Positions 52,147-62,556 of a stretch of DNA of 64,000 nt are shown here, one piece after another (within the stretch, counting starts at the first letter, position 1; each line of letters begins with the position of its first letter). Made by a program: the position numbers and the translations under genes. Source of the DNA: an uncultured Pelagibacteraceae bacterium (GTDB lineage Bacteria; Pseudomonadota; Alphaproteobacteria; Pelagibacterales; AG-422-B15); NCBI GenBank assembly GCA_902547315.1, contig CACCND010000002.1, positions 9,609 through 73,608 on the forward strand, in the 5' to 3' direction. The notes under the pieces are model-generated. The model was not told where the DNA came from, did not search any database, and saw only the letters and a list, made by a program, of their open reading frames with translations.

Positions 52147-53640
52147 TTACTTCATTGTTGGAATGGTAAATTCAGCACCTTTTCTAATACCAGTTGGCCA
52201 TCTCGAAGTAACAGTTTTGAGACGCGTAAAGAACCTTACTCCATCCATGCCATGCATTGCATGATCCCCAAATAAGGATCTTTTCCAACCACCAAAGCTA
52301 TGAAAAGCCATGGGTACTGGTATGGGAACATTCACTCCAACCATTCCAATTTTGCATTGATTAGCAAAAGCTCTAGCTGTGTCACCATCACGAGTATAAA
52401 TAGTGGTGCCGTTTCCGAATTCATGATTGTTAACCATTTTTAAAGCATCGTCAAAAGTAGGTTGACGTACAACAGATAATACAGGTCCAAATATTTCTTC
52501 TCTATATATCTTCATATCTTCCTTAACATGGTCAAATAAACAGCCTCCGATGAAGTATCCATTTTCATAACCTTGAAGAGATATTGATCTTCCATCCACT
52601 ATAAGATCAGCTCCTTCAGCAACTCCAGAGTCAACATAGCTTTTTACTTTTGATAAATGTACATCACTGATGAGTGGACCCATTTCAACTTCTGGATCTG
52701 TTCCGGGGCCAACTTTAAGTCCCTGAACGCGAGGGGTAAGCTTTTCAATTAATTTATCACCCACATCACCAACAGCTACAGCAACAGAGAGAGCCATGCA
52801 TCGCTCTCCTGCAGATCCATACCCTGCGCCGATCAGACCATCAACAACTTGGTCTAAATCTGCATCAGGCATTACAACCATATGATTTTTTGCACCGCCT
52901 AATGACTGGACGCGCTTGTTGTGTTTAGAAGATGTATGATAAATGTACTCAGCAACTGGAGTCGAGCCAACAAAACTAACTGATGCAACTTCAGGATCGG
53001 TGATCAGAAGATCTACTGCTTCTTTATCGCCGTTAACCACATTGAAAACACCATCTGGCAACCCTGCTTCTTTAAGTAAATCTCCCATCATGTATGGAAC
53101 CGTTGGATCTTTTTCACTCGGTTTTAAAATAAATGAATTACCGCATGCAATAGACATAACAAACATCCACATTGGAACCATAGCGGGAAAATTGAAAGGT
53201 GAAATTCCCACACAAACCCCTAGAGGCTGTCGCATACTCCAGCTGTCGATATTTGATCCAACGTTTTCAGAATATTCTCCTTTAAGCAAATGAGGAATAC
53301 CACAAGCAAACTCAACTACTTCCATGCCTCTTGTTATTGAGCCAACTGAGTCTGATAAAATTTTTCCATGCTCTGTTGTTAATTCCAGAGCCAATTTGTC
53401 CATATCTCTGAGAATTAAATCTTTGAATTTAAATAAAACTCGAGATCTAGTCAGTGATGGAGTAGCAGCCCATTCTTTACCTGCTTTGACTGCACAACTT
53501 ATTGCCACGGATACATCTTCTTTGTTAGCAAAGTTAACTTCTCTTATTTTTTCTCCATTTGCAGGGTTGTATACGTCACCAAATCTATCTGACTTACTCA
53601 CGTACTCTTTACCATTAATAAAATGATTAACTATATTCAT
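52147..53640 (-). CDS. mmsA: CoA-acylating methylmalonate/malonate-semialdehyde dehydrogenase
   Basis: 497 aa ALDH. 'HFINGKEY', the catalytic Cys block 'GERCMA' and the C-terminal 'VTSRWP' are typical of MmsA. Confidence 0.85.
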   Translation of the reverse strand: MNIVNHFINGKEYVSKSDRFGDVYNPANGEKIREVNFANKEDVSVAISCAVKAGKEWAATPSLTRSRVLFKFKDLILRDMDKLALELTTEHGKILSDSVGSITRGMEVVEFACGIPHLLKGEYSENVGSNIDSWSMRQPLGVCVGISPFNFPAMVPMWMFVMSIACGNSFILKPSEKDPTVPYMMGDLLKEAGLPDGVFNVVNGDKEAVDLLITDPEVASVSFVGSTPVAEYIYHTSSKHNKRVQSLGGAKNHMVVMPDADLDQVVDGLIGAGYGSAGERCMALSVAVAVGDVGDKLIEKLTPRVQGLKVGPGTDPEVEMGPLISDVHLSKVKSYVDSGVAEGADLIVDGRSISLQGYENGYFIGGCLFDHVKEDMKIYREEIFGPVLSVVRQPTFDDALKMVNNHEFGNGTTIYTRDGDTARAFANQCKIGMVGVNVPIPVPMAFHSFGGWKRSLFGDHAMHGMDGVRFFTRLKTVTSRWPTGIRKGAEFTIPTMK

Positions 53641-53649
53641 CTAAATTAC

Positions 53650-54657
53650 CTAGATTTCAAAACTTTCGCCTATAGCCTCACAACTTTTGACCCACAGCAT
53701 GCTCTTGACTTCAGGATTATCATAAAAAGACTCAAGTGAAAAAGATTTTGCTTTACCTTTCATTCCTTTTAAACCAGGCCCTACCATTGAGCCTGAATTA
53801 ATTTTAGGATCTGCAATACATCTTAGGAGACCCAACGTTCCATCTTTTTCAGACTGCCCAAACTTCATTAAATATTTTGTAAAAAAACTGCCCATTCCGC
53901 CATCCTCTACTGTTGTAGATTGTAAATCACTTTCTGCAAGACCTGGATGAGCAACCATCGCTCTAATTTTTGAATTATTTTTTTGCAACTTTTCATGCAA
54001 ACATGCAGTGAATGCAGCATTAGCAAGCTTTGTCTGGGCATAACGCTCCCATCGGCCGCCACCAAACATCAAATTACCTCCATCTCCACCTAAGTTGCCA
54101 CCTTTTTTTTCAAGAAACTTTTCTTTAAGTCTTTTTGTTTGAAAGCGTGCAATACTAGAATGATTAACTATTCTTGCTTCATTTCTTAATTGTGATGCTT
54201 TTTCTAGTAAGGGCATACATAATTTAGTTAGAAGAAAATGGGACAAGTGATTAGTTTGCATTTGTACATCAAAGCCGTCGATTGTGGCTTTATCTTTAAG
54301 TGCCATTACGCCCGCATTATTGCATAATACATCAAGGCCATCGCTACATATTTCATTAATTTTTGGAAATGCAGTTTTTACCGAATCAAAACTTTGTAGA
54401 TCACAATCCACTCTGTGAAAATTTCCATTTGCACAATTTTGTCTAAGTAAATTTAAAGATGACTCGGCTCTAGTTGAAGGACGATTCAATAGTAGGACTT
54501 TAGCACCAAGCTTAGCTACTGACTCAGCAGCATAAAATCCAAGCCCAGAAGTTGTACCTGTTATAGCGACTGTTTTATTCTCCATTGAAGGTAGTGAGTT
54601 GAATAAATCATCAAAATACTTAGTATCGAGATTAGGTTTAGTATAAGAATTTTTCAT
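53650..54657 (-). CDS. Short-chain dehydrogenase/reductase, retinol-dehydrogenase-like subgroup
   Basis: 335 aa with 'VAITGTTSGLG', 'NNAGVM' and 'YAQTKLAN' (YxxxK). It lies 9 nt upstream of mmsA. Confidence 0.75.
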   Translation of the reverse strand: MKNSYTKPNLDTKYFDDLFNSLPSMENKTVAITGTTSGLGFYAAESVAKLGAKVLLLNRPSTRAESSLNLLRQNCANGNFHRVDCDLQSFDSVKTAFPKINEICSDGLDVLCNNAGVMALKDKATIDGFDVQMQTNHLSHFLLTKLCMPLLEKASQLRNEARIVNHSSIARFQTKRLKEKFLEKKGGNLGGDGGNLMFGGGRWERYAQTKLANAAFTACLHEKLQKNNSKIRAMVAHPGLAESDLQSTTVEDGGMGSFFTKYLMKFGQSEKDGTLGLLRCIADPKINSGSMVGPGLKGMKGKAKSFSLESFYDNPEVKSMLWVKSCEAIGESFEI

Positions 54658-54698
54658 ATAATGAAATATTCTAGTTTAAATACAACTAATGGCAATGT

Positions 54699-54941
54699 TT
54701 GAAAATTATGAGAAAACTTGACCTTCATGGATTCACACTTGAGGATGCTTATCAAGAATTCACTGACTTTATTTACGAAGCTTACCAAAGAAGTATACCC
54801 AAAGTAGAGGTCATAACAGGTAAAAGTGGACAAATCAGAAAAGAGTTTCCTCATTGGGCAGAAAGCAGTCACCAAATACAGTACATTGAACAGAGTTGGC
54901 ATGAAGGCAGTTTTGTTGTCAAAATCCAGAGGAAATATTGA
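54699..54941 (+). CDS. Smr-domain small protein
   Basis: 80 aa. 'LDLHGFTLEDAYQEF' and 'VEVITGKSGQIRKEFPHW' match the Smr (MutS2 C-terminal-like) domain. It is preferred over the antisense 97-aa ORF. Confidence 0.65.
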   Translation: MKIMRKLDLHGFTLEDAYQEFTDFIYEAYQRSIPKVEVITGKSGQIRKEFPHWAESSHQIQYIEQSWHEGSFVVKIQRKY

Positions 54942-55009
54942 AATCAAGCTCTGTCATTTTGGCAAACTTATTAGAGTTTAATTAGAAAGTTTTACACTTA
55001 TATGTATAA

Positions 55010-55068
55010 CTCAATGGTGGGTACGTAATATTTTCATTAAATCCCCTAATCAACTACCCGCCATTGAG
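55010..55068. other. Long-stem hairpin in the only large convergent spacer (possible ncRNA or terminator element)
   Basis: CTCAATGGTGGGTA (55010-55023) pairs with TACCCGCCATTGAG (55055-55068), giving 14 bp including one G-U wobble. The loop is 31 nt. No canonical U-tract follows on either strand. Confidence 0.4.
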
Positions 55069-55156
55069 ATTTATAGTGGTTAATTATTTTATCGTAGTTA
55101 CAATTATTATTTCAGTTCTGTTGGTAAGTATACTTTTTGATTTTACAATAATTTAA

Positions 55157-55933
55157 TTACTGCTGTGCTATCATTTGTTTGATACCAGCAATAGCCTTTG
55201 CGGGGTTGAGACCTTTTGGACAAGCTTGAGTGCAGTTCATTATTGTGTGGCATCTATAAACTTTAAACGTATCATCTAATTCTTTTAATCTCTCTTTTCT
55301 TTCCTCATCACGGCTATCTTGTAACCAGCGATATGACTGAAGCAAGACTGCAGGGCCCAAATATTTGTCACTGTTCCACCAATAACTTGGGCATGAAGTT
55401 GAACAACATGCACACAAGATGCATTCATACAAGCCATCTAATTTTTCACGGTCATTTCTTGATTGAATATTTTCAGTATCGTTTGCGTTTTGTTTCTTAT
55501 TCATAAGCCATGGCTTGATGGACTTTAATTGCTTATAGAGTGTTTTTAAATTTGTAACCAAGTCTTTTATAACTGGCATGTGAGGCAGAGGATAAATTTT
55601 TATGTCACCTTTCACATCACTAATTGCTTTAGTACAAGCGAGTGTATTTGTCCCATCAATATTCATTGCACAAGAACCACATATACCCTCGCGACATGAT
55701 CGTCTAAAGGTTAATGAAGTATCAATTTCACTTTTGATTTTCATAACTGCGTCCAATACCATCGGACCACAATCGTCTAGATCAACTTCATAAGTGTCCA
55801 TCCTTGGGTTTTTTTCATCGTCGGGAGACCAACGGTAGATTTTGAATTTTTTAGTATTCCCATTGCTTTTTTCAGACTTGTAATAATCACCGTCTGTTAA
55901 TTTAGAATTGTCGGGAAGATTAAACTGAACCAT
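55157..55933 (-). CDS. sdhB: Succinate dehydrogenase iron-sulfur subunit
   Basis: The Cys clusters '[15 protein letters not shown]', '[12 protein letters not shown]' and '[15 protein letters not shown]' are present. Confidence 0.95.
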   Translation of the reverse strand: MVQFNLPDNSKLTDGDYYKSEKSNGNTKKFKIYRWSPDDEKNPRMDTYEVDLDDCGPMVLDAVMKIKSEIDTSLTFRRSCREGICGSCAMNIDGTNTLACTKAISDVKGDIKIYPLPHMPVIKDLVTNLKTLYKQLKSIKPWLMNKKQNANDTENIQSRNDREKLDGLYECILCACCSTSCPSYWWNSDKYLGPAVLLQSYRWLQDSRDEERKERLKELDDTFKVYRCHTIMNCTQACPKGLNPAKAIAGIKQMIAQQ

Positions 55934-57708
55934 TAATAAACTCTGGCCTTTGGCGCAATATATTTAACTTCATTTGATAATGTGTATTCGTGAACTGATC
56001 TATAATCCAGTTCACAACTCTTATCGTTCAGCCATGACATTGTATGCTTCATCCAATTTTTATCATCTCTTTCCTTATAGTCTTCTCGAGCATGAGCCCC
56101 TCTACTTTCTTTTCTATTTAGTGCGGAGTTCATTGTAACAACAGCTTGTGCAATTAGGTTTTTATATTCAAGTGTTTCTAACAAATCAGTATTCCATATA
56201 AGTGATTTGTCTTTAATTTTAATATTTTCTGAGTTTAACCAAGTTTCTTCGATGAGTTTTTTTCCTTCAGACATAATCTCATCATCTCTAAATACAGCGC
56301 AGTGTTTCTGCATAACTCTCTGCATTTGAGACCTTAATTCTGAAGTTGAAATATCCCCATCAGAAGATCGTGTACTATCAAACCTTGCAATGACTTCATC
56401 GATTACATGGCTTGGAATTTCCTTATTGGGTTCATCTTTATTTACCGTGTCATTTATTCTATCTGCTGCTGCTTTGCCAAAAACCACTAAATCAATTAGG
56501 GAATTTGATCCGAGTCTATTTGCACCATGAACACTCACACAAGCAGCTTCACCAACTGCCATCAAACCCTGTACGACTGTTTCATTTCCTTTTTCAAGGT
56601 TCATTACTTCTCCATGAAAATTTGTCGGAATTCCACCCATATTATAATGAACTGTAGGTATAATTGGAATTGGCTCTTTAGTTACATCAACTCCTGCAAA
56701 AACTTTTGCGGACTCTGAAATTCCTGGCAATCTTTCTTCCAATATATCTGAGTCTATGTGATCAAGATGTAGATAAGCATGATCCTTATCTTTGCCAACG
56801 CCTCTACCCTCTAAAATTTCTTTTGTTATAGAACGAGACACAACATCTCTTGAAGCTAAGTCTTTCGCTGATGGTGCATATCTCTCCATGAAACGTTCGC
56901 CTTCACTGTTTACTAAATAACCACCTTCTCCTCTTGCGCCCTCTGTTATAAGACAACCAACGCCATAAATACCTGTTGGGTGAAATTGAACAAATTCCAT
57001 ATCTTGTAGAGGTAATCCAGCTCTTAAAACCATTGCGTTACCATCACCTGTGCAGGTGTGAGCTGAAGTTGCAGAAAAATAAACACGACCATATCCACCA
57101 GACGCTAGTATTGTTTGTTTAGAATTAAATACATGTAATTTACCGTCCTCTAAACACCATGCAACAACACCCCTGCATTCACCCTCAACCATTAATAAGT
57201 CCAAAACAAAATATTCAATATAATAGTCAACGTCATGTTTTAATGATTGCCCGTATAAAGTATGAATTATTGCATGGCCAGTTCGATCAGCAGCAGCACA
57301 TGTTCTTTGTGCAGTACCTTCACCATAATTTTTGGTCATCCCTCCAAAGGCTCTTTGATAAATTTTTCCATCCTCTGTTCGACTAAATGGAACTCCATAG
57401 TTCTCTAATTCTAAAACAGCTTTTGGTGCATTTTTGCACAAATACTCAATTGCATCCTGGTCCCCGAGCCAATCAGAGCCTTTCACGGTATCATACATGT
57501 GCCATCTCCAATCATCATCACCCATATTTCCAAGTGCAGCAGAGATGCCTCCCTGTGCTGCAACCGTATGACTTCTGGTTGGGAATACTTTTGAAATACA
57601 AGCAGTCTTGTAACCATTCTCAACAGCACCTACTGTCGCTCTCAAACCAGATCCACCAGCACCAACAACAACTACATCGTAATCATGATATTCAATTTCG
57701 TAATTCAT
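55933..57708 (-). CDS. sdhA: Succinate dehydrogenase flavoprotein subunit
   Basis: '[13 protein letters not shown]', the FAD-attachment '[10 protein letters not shown]' and 'HPTG' are present. It overlaps sdhB by 1 nt. Confidence 0.97.
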   Translation of the reverse strand: MNYEIEYHDYDVVVVGAGGSGLRATVGAVENGYKTACISKVFPTRSHTVAAQGGISAALGNMGDDDWRWHMYDTVKGSDWLGDQDAIEYLCKNAPKAVLELENYGVPFSRTEDGKIYQRAFGGMTKNYGEGTAQRTCAAADRTGHAIIHTLYGQSLKHDVDYYIEYFVLDLLMVEGECRGVVAWCLEDGKLHVFNSKQTILASGGYGRVYFSATSAHTCTGDGNAMVLRAGLPLQDMEFVQFHPTGIYGVGCLITEGARGEGGYLVNSEGERFMERYAPSAKDLASRDVVSRSITKEILEGRGVGKDKDHAYLHLDHIDSDILEERLPGISESAKVFAGVDVTKEPIPIIPTVHYNMGGIPTNFHGEVMNLEKGNETVVQGLMAVGEAACVSVHGANRLGSNSLIDLVVFGKAAADRINDTVNKDEPNKEIPSHVIDEVIARFDSTRSSDGDISTSELRSQMQRVMQKHCAVFRDDEIMSEGKKLIEETWLNSENIKIKDKSLIWNTDLLETLEYKNLIAQAVVTMNSALNRKESRGAHAREDYKERDDKNWMKHTMSWLNDKSCELDYRSVHEYTLSNEVKYIAPKARVY

Positions 57709-57712
57709 TAAG

Positions 57713-58042
57713 TTAACCCATAAAAATTAGTAGTAGAGACAAACAAACAAAAATTAGTATTAGTAAAAAAAATATTGAAATTATTACATTTAATATCCTT
57801 TTAACCACATCAGAGTGAACGTAATCATCAAGGATTTCATGCACACCTGTATTCATATGAACTAATCCTAAGACCGTGAAAATCAATATATACCCTACAC
57901 CCCATAAGTTGCTTAATTCACTCAAAATTAAATGATATGGCAGAGTGGAAAGGTGTATTATTTTTATAAATAAATAAACAATGAGTGGTAGCAGTAAAAT
58001 CGTGCTCCATCGATGAAGTTTCCAAGTATTTTTGGCAGACAT
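57713..58042 (-). CDS. sdhD: Succinate dehydrogenase membrane anchor subunit
   Basis: 109 aa with 3 TM helices. Its position between sdhC and sdhA supports the call. Confidence 0.8.
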   Translation of the reverse strand: MSAKNTWKLHRWSTILLLPLIVYLFIKIIHLSTLPYHLILSELSNLWGVGYILIFTVLGLVHMNTGVHEILDDYVHSDVVKRILNVIISIFFLLILIFVCLSLLLIFMG

Positions 58043-58045
58043 AAA

Positions 58046-58423
58046 TTAATATCCAATCATAATTAAAAACCAAAATAGAACAGTGAGCAAAACAGTAAAC
58101 AAAATAGTAATCCAACCTGTCAATTTGGCAGTATTTAATTCGAGCCCAATACCAACGTCCCAGAATAAGTGTCTTAAGCAGTTTAAAAAATAAAATAAAT
58201 ATGAAAACGTAAGACCTATTAATATTGCTCTTATAAAAATATTTTCTGATAAGGAAATTATAAATTGGAAAGTTTCTTCGCCAGCGCTAATTGAATATAA
58301 AAATATTATTAATATGATTACACCTAATGATGAAACAATACCCGTTATTCTATGAAGAATTGATAGTATCGATGTAATTTGCCATCTATAAACTTGCAAA
58401 TGTGGTGATAAGGGACTGCTCAT
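58046..58423 (-). CDS. sdhC: Succinate dehydrogenase cytochrome b556 subunit
   Basis: 125 aa. 'PLSPHLQVYRWQITSILSILHRITG' is the typical SdhC N-terminus with a haem-ligand His. Confidence 0.8.
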   Translation of the reverse strand: MSSPLSPHLQVYRWQITSILSILHRITGIVSSLGVIILIIFLYSISAGEETFQFIISLSENIFIRAILIGLTFSYLFYFLNCLRHLFWDVGIGLELNTAKLTGWITILFTVLLTVLFWFLIMIGY

Positions 58424-58471
58424 TAGTAATATTTATATATACCAAATTGCCGGTGATTAAACGACAGTAAA

Positions 58472-60430
58472 TTATTTTTTTCTTGGAATTAAAGCCCAAT
58501 AATCAAGACTTAACAAAACGGACGGATCAAAACGCTTGTTACTATCTTGGTGTTGAAACTGATAAGCCTGCGCATCACCAATTCCATTTGTTCTGATTCG
58601 AATAGCACCTAATGATTCTGATACTTCGACTTTGTCTAAAATCAGACTCCAGGCAAAAACAGTTGTTCCTGCAAAACACGGTGATGCGTGGGTTCCACCG
58701 TTGATCGCGATAATTTTGAAAGCATTTGAAAGTCCATTAAATGATAAAGCTCTTGTTAAACTTATAACGTGACCACCGTAAACAATTCTTTTTCCAAACC
58801 TGCCACCTTTTTCAACAAAATGGTTAAAGTGAACTTTAGCATTATTCTGATATAATTTTGTTGCCATCATATGTTCAGCTTCTTCAACTGTCATACCGTC
58901 AATATGATTTATTTTTTCATTAATAGAATAATCCTCATAACAAAGATCAGAGCCTGAAGCTTTATAATCATATCCTGTACAATCAAAATCATATTTTTTT
59001 GCAATTTCTACAACCTCCTCACTTGTAAGCTCTTTTTTTAATTCAGGTATTGACGGTTCTGCTTTATTTAGATTTCTATTTTTTTTTCTTACCATAACCC
59101 ATCTTTTATAATCAATAACTGGTTCGTCATGCTGGTTAGTGCCTACAGAGTGAACATAAACTACTCCATTTTCTCCACTTGAATTCTCTTTAATGCCAAT
59201 CACTTCTGAAGTTGAGCTAATTGTATCACCTGAATAAACTGGCTTTAAAAACTTGCACTCTGCGTAGCCTAAATTGGCAATTGCATTTAAAGAGATATCG
59301 GGGACAGTTTTACCAAAAGCTATATTAAATAAAAGAAAATCGTCAATTGGTGATTTTTCTAATGAGAGTTTTTTTGCAAACTCATCTGAGCAGTGCAGGG
59401 CGTACCTTGAACCGTATAAAGCCGTATAAAGTGCACAATCTCCATATGTTATTGTTCGTGGAGTTGCATGTATTATTTTTTGTCCTAGCTTAAAATTTTC
59501 AAAAAAGTTACCAATTTTATATTTACTCGAAGAAGTTTGTAAAACTTCTGATTGATCTAGTTCTGTAACTTTTGAAACAAGCAATTCTGCTTCTATAATT
59601 CGTTTTGCATGATTTACGTGCAATTCCTCTATCTGACTGCCTTCAAACGTAATTACTCCAACATTTGGATCCTTTTTTCTTGCATCCTCAAAGGCTGCAA
59701 CAATTCGTTTTGCTTTGTCTAGTTGTTCAGCCGTAGGGGTGAATATTTTATTACATATTTGTATTTGTCCCGGGTGTATTAAGGTTTTACCATCAAATCC
59801 GAGGCCATGACTATAGATGCACTCTTCTTCAAATCCATTTGCATCTCTGATGTCATTAAAAACTCCGTCAAGTAGTGATAATTTGTAGGCTTTTGTTGCC
59901 ATCATACATTTCTCAAAACTTGTGACTAATGCAGTTCTTTTTAGTTCTTCCTCTATACCCAACTCTGCAGACAAGTCATTTGTCCCCATCACAAAACATT
60001 TTAAGTATTTTGATGACTTTGCAATATCATATGCGTTTACAATGGATAAAGCCGTTTCCATCATAACCCAAATCTTAGTTTCTTTATTTTTAAGATATTT
60101 TTCAAAAGCTTTAACATCCTTAGCTTCATTTACTTTAGGAATTAATATTGCGTCAGGATTACATTTGTCTAAGACCTTAATATCTATTTTACCATCATCG
60201 GTATCCAAGGCATTTACTCTTATCACCTGTTCCTTATTTTTGTTTACACCAGAATTTATAATTTCAATAATTGCTGTACGTGCATCATTTCTGGCGTTTG
60301 CGGCTACCGAGTCTTCTAAGTCGTAAATAATTGCATCTACATCAAGCGTACTACTTTTTTTTAATGCTTTTGGATTAGATCCAGGAACATAAAGTATACT
60401 TCTTCTTGGTTTTCTTACATCTTGTCTCAT
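58472..60430 (-). CDS. Fusion protein: N-terminal HpcH/CitE-like (malyl-CoA/beta-methylmalyl-CoA or citramalyl-CoA) lyase + C-terminal double hot-dog MaoC-type enoyl-CoA hydratase (mesaconyl-CoA/itaconyl-CoA hydratase-like)
   Basis: Residues 1 to about 285 carry 'RRSILYVPGSNP', 'DLEDSV', 'RVNAL', 'METALS', 'GTNDLSAEL' and 'IHPGQI', the CitE/HpcH fold. Residues from about 300 to 652 form two hot-dog halves, including the MaoC-like 'VHFNHFVEKGGRFGKRIVYGGHVISL'. It is one uninterrupted frame, and its start overlaps the asd stop by 4 nt. Confidence 0.75.
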   Translation of the reverse strand: MRQDVRKPRRSILYVPGSNPKALKKSSTLDVDAIIYDLEDSVAANARNDARTAIIEIINSGVNKNKEQVIRVNALDTDDGKIDIKVLDKCNPDAILIPKVNEAKDVKAFEKYLKNKETKIWVMMETALSIVNAYDIAKSSKYLKCFVMGTNDLSAELGIEEELKRTALVTSFEKCMMATKAYKLSLLDGVFNDIRDANGFEEECIYSHGLGFDGKTLIHPGQIQICNKIFTPTAEQLDKAKRIVAAFEDARKKDPNVGVITFEGSQIEELHVNHAKRIIEAELLVSKVTELDQSEVLQTSSSKYKIGNFFENFKLGQKIIHATPRTITYGDCALYTALYGSRYALHCSDEFAKKLSLEKSPIDDFLLFNIAFGKTVPDISLNAIANLGYAECKFLKPVYSGDTISSTSEVIGIKENSSGENGVVYVHSVGTNQHDEPVIDYKRWVMVRKKNRNLNKAEPSIPELKKELTSEEVVEIAKKYDFDCTGYDYKASGSDLCYEDYSINEKINHIDGMTVEEAEHMMATKLYQNNAKVHFNHFVEKGGRFGKRIVYGGHVISLTRALSFNGLSNAFKIIAINGGTHASPCFAGTTVFAWSLILDKVEVSESLGAIRIRTNGIGDAQAYQFQHQDSNKRFDPSVLLSLDYWALIPRKK

Positions 60431-61443
60431 TTAGATAAATGTTCCTCAATTAGCATTTCAGCGATTTGGATTGTATTTAAAGCAGCTCCTTTCCTTAAAT
60501 TATCAGAAACTACCCAAATAGATAATCCATTTTTTGTAGACGTATCCTCTCGAATTCGTGAAACATATGTGTCATCATTTCCAGCACACTCTTTTGGAGT
60601 TACATAACCCCCATCAGCTCTTTCATCAAGAAGTGTACACCCAGGAGCATTTTTAATAGCTTCACGTGCTTCTTCTACTGAAATTTTGTTTTCAAACTCA
60701 ATATTTACAGCTTCAGAGTGACCAATAAATACAGGAACGCGAACACATGTAGCGCTAAAGCTGATCTCATTACTTAAAATTTTATGAGTTTCTTGTCTCA
60801 TTTTTAATTCTTCTTTTGTGTATCCATCATCCATGAATTTATCAATATGAGGTATGACATTAAAGGCAATTGGTTTAGTAAACTTAACATTATCTTTAAT
60901 CTCATCAGAGAACATATTTTTTGTTTGCTCAAACAACTCGTCCATACCAGCCTTACCTGCACCCGAAACAGATTGATAAGTTGATACAATAACTTTTTTT
61001 ATTTTTGAAATTTCGTGCAATGGTTTTAAGGCAACCACCAATTGAATTGTTGAGCAGTTTGGATTAGCAATTATATTTCTTTTTTTATAATTATTTAGAT
61101 CACTTGGGTTAACCTCAGGCACGACCAAAGGAATATCTTCTTCCATTCTAAAATGACTAGAGTTATCTATAACAATACAATTTTTTTCTGCAAACTTTGG
61201 TGCCCATTCCTCTGAGGTACTAGCTCCTGCGGAGAAGAGTGCCAATTCTACTTTTGAAGGATCAAACTTTTCAATAGATTCTACAATTAGTTTATCCTCC
61301 CCAAATTCAATTTCCATGCCTTCACTTCTACTAGAAGCTACAGGAAATATTTTTGACGCATCATATTTTTTTTCAGAGAGAATATTTAACATTTCTCTTC
61401 CAACATTTCCTGTGGCACCCACTATAGCAATATTAAAATTCAT
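60427..61443 (-). CDS. asd: Aspartate-semialdehyde dehydrogenase
   Basis: 338 aa with 'IAIVGATGNVGREM', the active-site 'NPNCSTIQ' and 'SGAGKAGMDEL'. Confidence 0.9.
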   Translation of the reverse strand: MNFNIAIVGATGNVGREMLNILSEKKYDASKIFPVASSRSEGMEIEFGEDKLIVESIEKFDPSKVELALFSAGASTSEEWAPKFAEKNCIVIDNSSHFRMEEDIPLVVPEVNPSDLNNYKKRNIIANPNCSTIQLVVALKPLHEISKIKKVIVSTYQSVSGAGKAGMDELFEQTKNMFSDEIKDNVKFTKPIAFNVIPHIDKFMDDGYTKEELKMRQETHKILSNEISFSATCVRVPVFIGHSEAVNIEFENKISVEEAREAIKNAPGCTLLDERADGGYVTPKECAGNDDTYVSRIREDTSTKNGLSIWVVSDNLRKGAALNTIQIAEMLIEEHLSK

Positions 61444-61446
61444 AAT

Positions 61447-62556
61447 TTAAAAGTTTTCTTTTAATTGATTTAATATTTGATCACCCATTTCAACTGTTGA
61501 TAGGTTTTTGTTATCATCGCCTATTAAATCCGCAGTTTTAAAGCCACTGGCAAGTACATTATTTACAGCCTTATTTATGAGATCTGATTCCTTGTCCATA
61601 TTAAATGAGTACTTTAAACACATCGCAAAACTAAGAATAGATGCAATTGGGTTTGCTATTCCTTTACCTGCTATGTCTGGCGCAGACCCATGAACTGGCT
61701 CGTATAAAGACTTTCTAAAATTATTACTATCGACTGCACCCAAAGAAGCAGAGGGCAACATTCCAAGCGACCCTGTGAGCATGGCCGCCTCATCTGAAAG
61801 AATGTCTCCAAATAAATTATCAGTAACAATAACATCAAATTGTTTAGGGTTTCTAACTAATTGCATCGCACAATTATCTGCATACATATGAGATAACTCG
61901 ACATTTGAATATTCATTTTCATGCACATGAGAGACTTCTTCTCTCCACAATATTCCAGACTCCATTACATTTGATTTTTCACAAGAAGTAACCCTGTTAC
62001 CTCTTTTGCTTGCAAGTTCAAATGCTATACGTGCAACTCTTCTAACTTCTTCAGTGCTATAAGATTGAGTGTTAATTCCAACACGATTTCCGTTACCTTT
62101 ATCTTCAATACCTCTTGGTTCACCAAAATAAATACCACCAGTAAGCTCTCTAACAATTAATATATCGAGACCTGATACTAAGTCTGGTTTAAGAGAAGAG
62201 GCGTCAACCATTGACTCAAAACATAGAGCAGGCCTTAAGTTTGCAAACAAGTCTAATTCTTTTCTAATTCTCAAAAGGCCTTGTTCAGGTTTAAGAGAAA
62301 AATCTAAATTATCCCATTTTTCTCCACCCACAGCACCAAGTAAAACTGCGTGAGAGTTTTTAGCTTTTTCAAGAGTCTCATCAGAGAGAGGGGTGCCATA
62401 GCGATCATAGGCAGATCCACCAATATCGTCCTCCTCTATCTCAAATTTAACTTTACTAAGTTCACCAATACTCTTAGCAACCTTTATGACCTCATTCATT
62501 ACTTCAGGCCCTATACCGTCGCCAGGTAAGACTAATAATTTATAAGAATTGCTCAT
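61447..62556 (-). CDS. leuB: 3-isopropylmalate dehydrogenase
   Basis: '[11 protein letters not shown]', '[26 protein letters not shown]' and '[19 protein letters not shown]' are present. Confidence 0.95.
   Translation of the reverse strand: MSNSYKLLVLPGDGIGPEVMNEVIKVAKSIGELSKVKFEIEEDDIGGSAYDRYGTPLSDETLEKAKNSHAVLLGAVGGEKWDNLDFSLKPEQGLLRIRKELDLFANLRPALCFESMVDASSLKPDLVSGLDILIVRELTGGIYFGEPRGIEDKGNGNRVGINTQSYSTEEVRRVARIAFELASKRGNRVTSCEKSNVMESGILWREEVSHVHENEYSNVELSHMYADNCAMQLVRNPKQFDVIVTDNLFGDILSDEAAMLTGSLGMLPSASLGAVDSNNFRKSLYEPVHGSAPDIAGKGIANPIASILSFAMCLKYSFNMDKESDLINKAVNNVLASGFKTADLIGDDNKNLSTVEMGDQILNQLKENF

Noticed and set aside
54654-54947. A 97-aa minus-strand ORF (TTG start) that could be read as an upstream partner of the SDR gene.
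   Set aside because: It is antisense to the 80-aa plus-strand ORF, which carries a recognisable Smr domain ('LDLHG...ITGKSG'). The minus-strand translation is hydrophobic low-complexity sequence without motifs.
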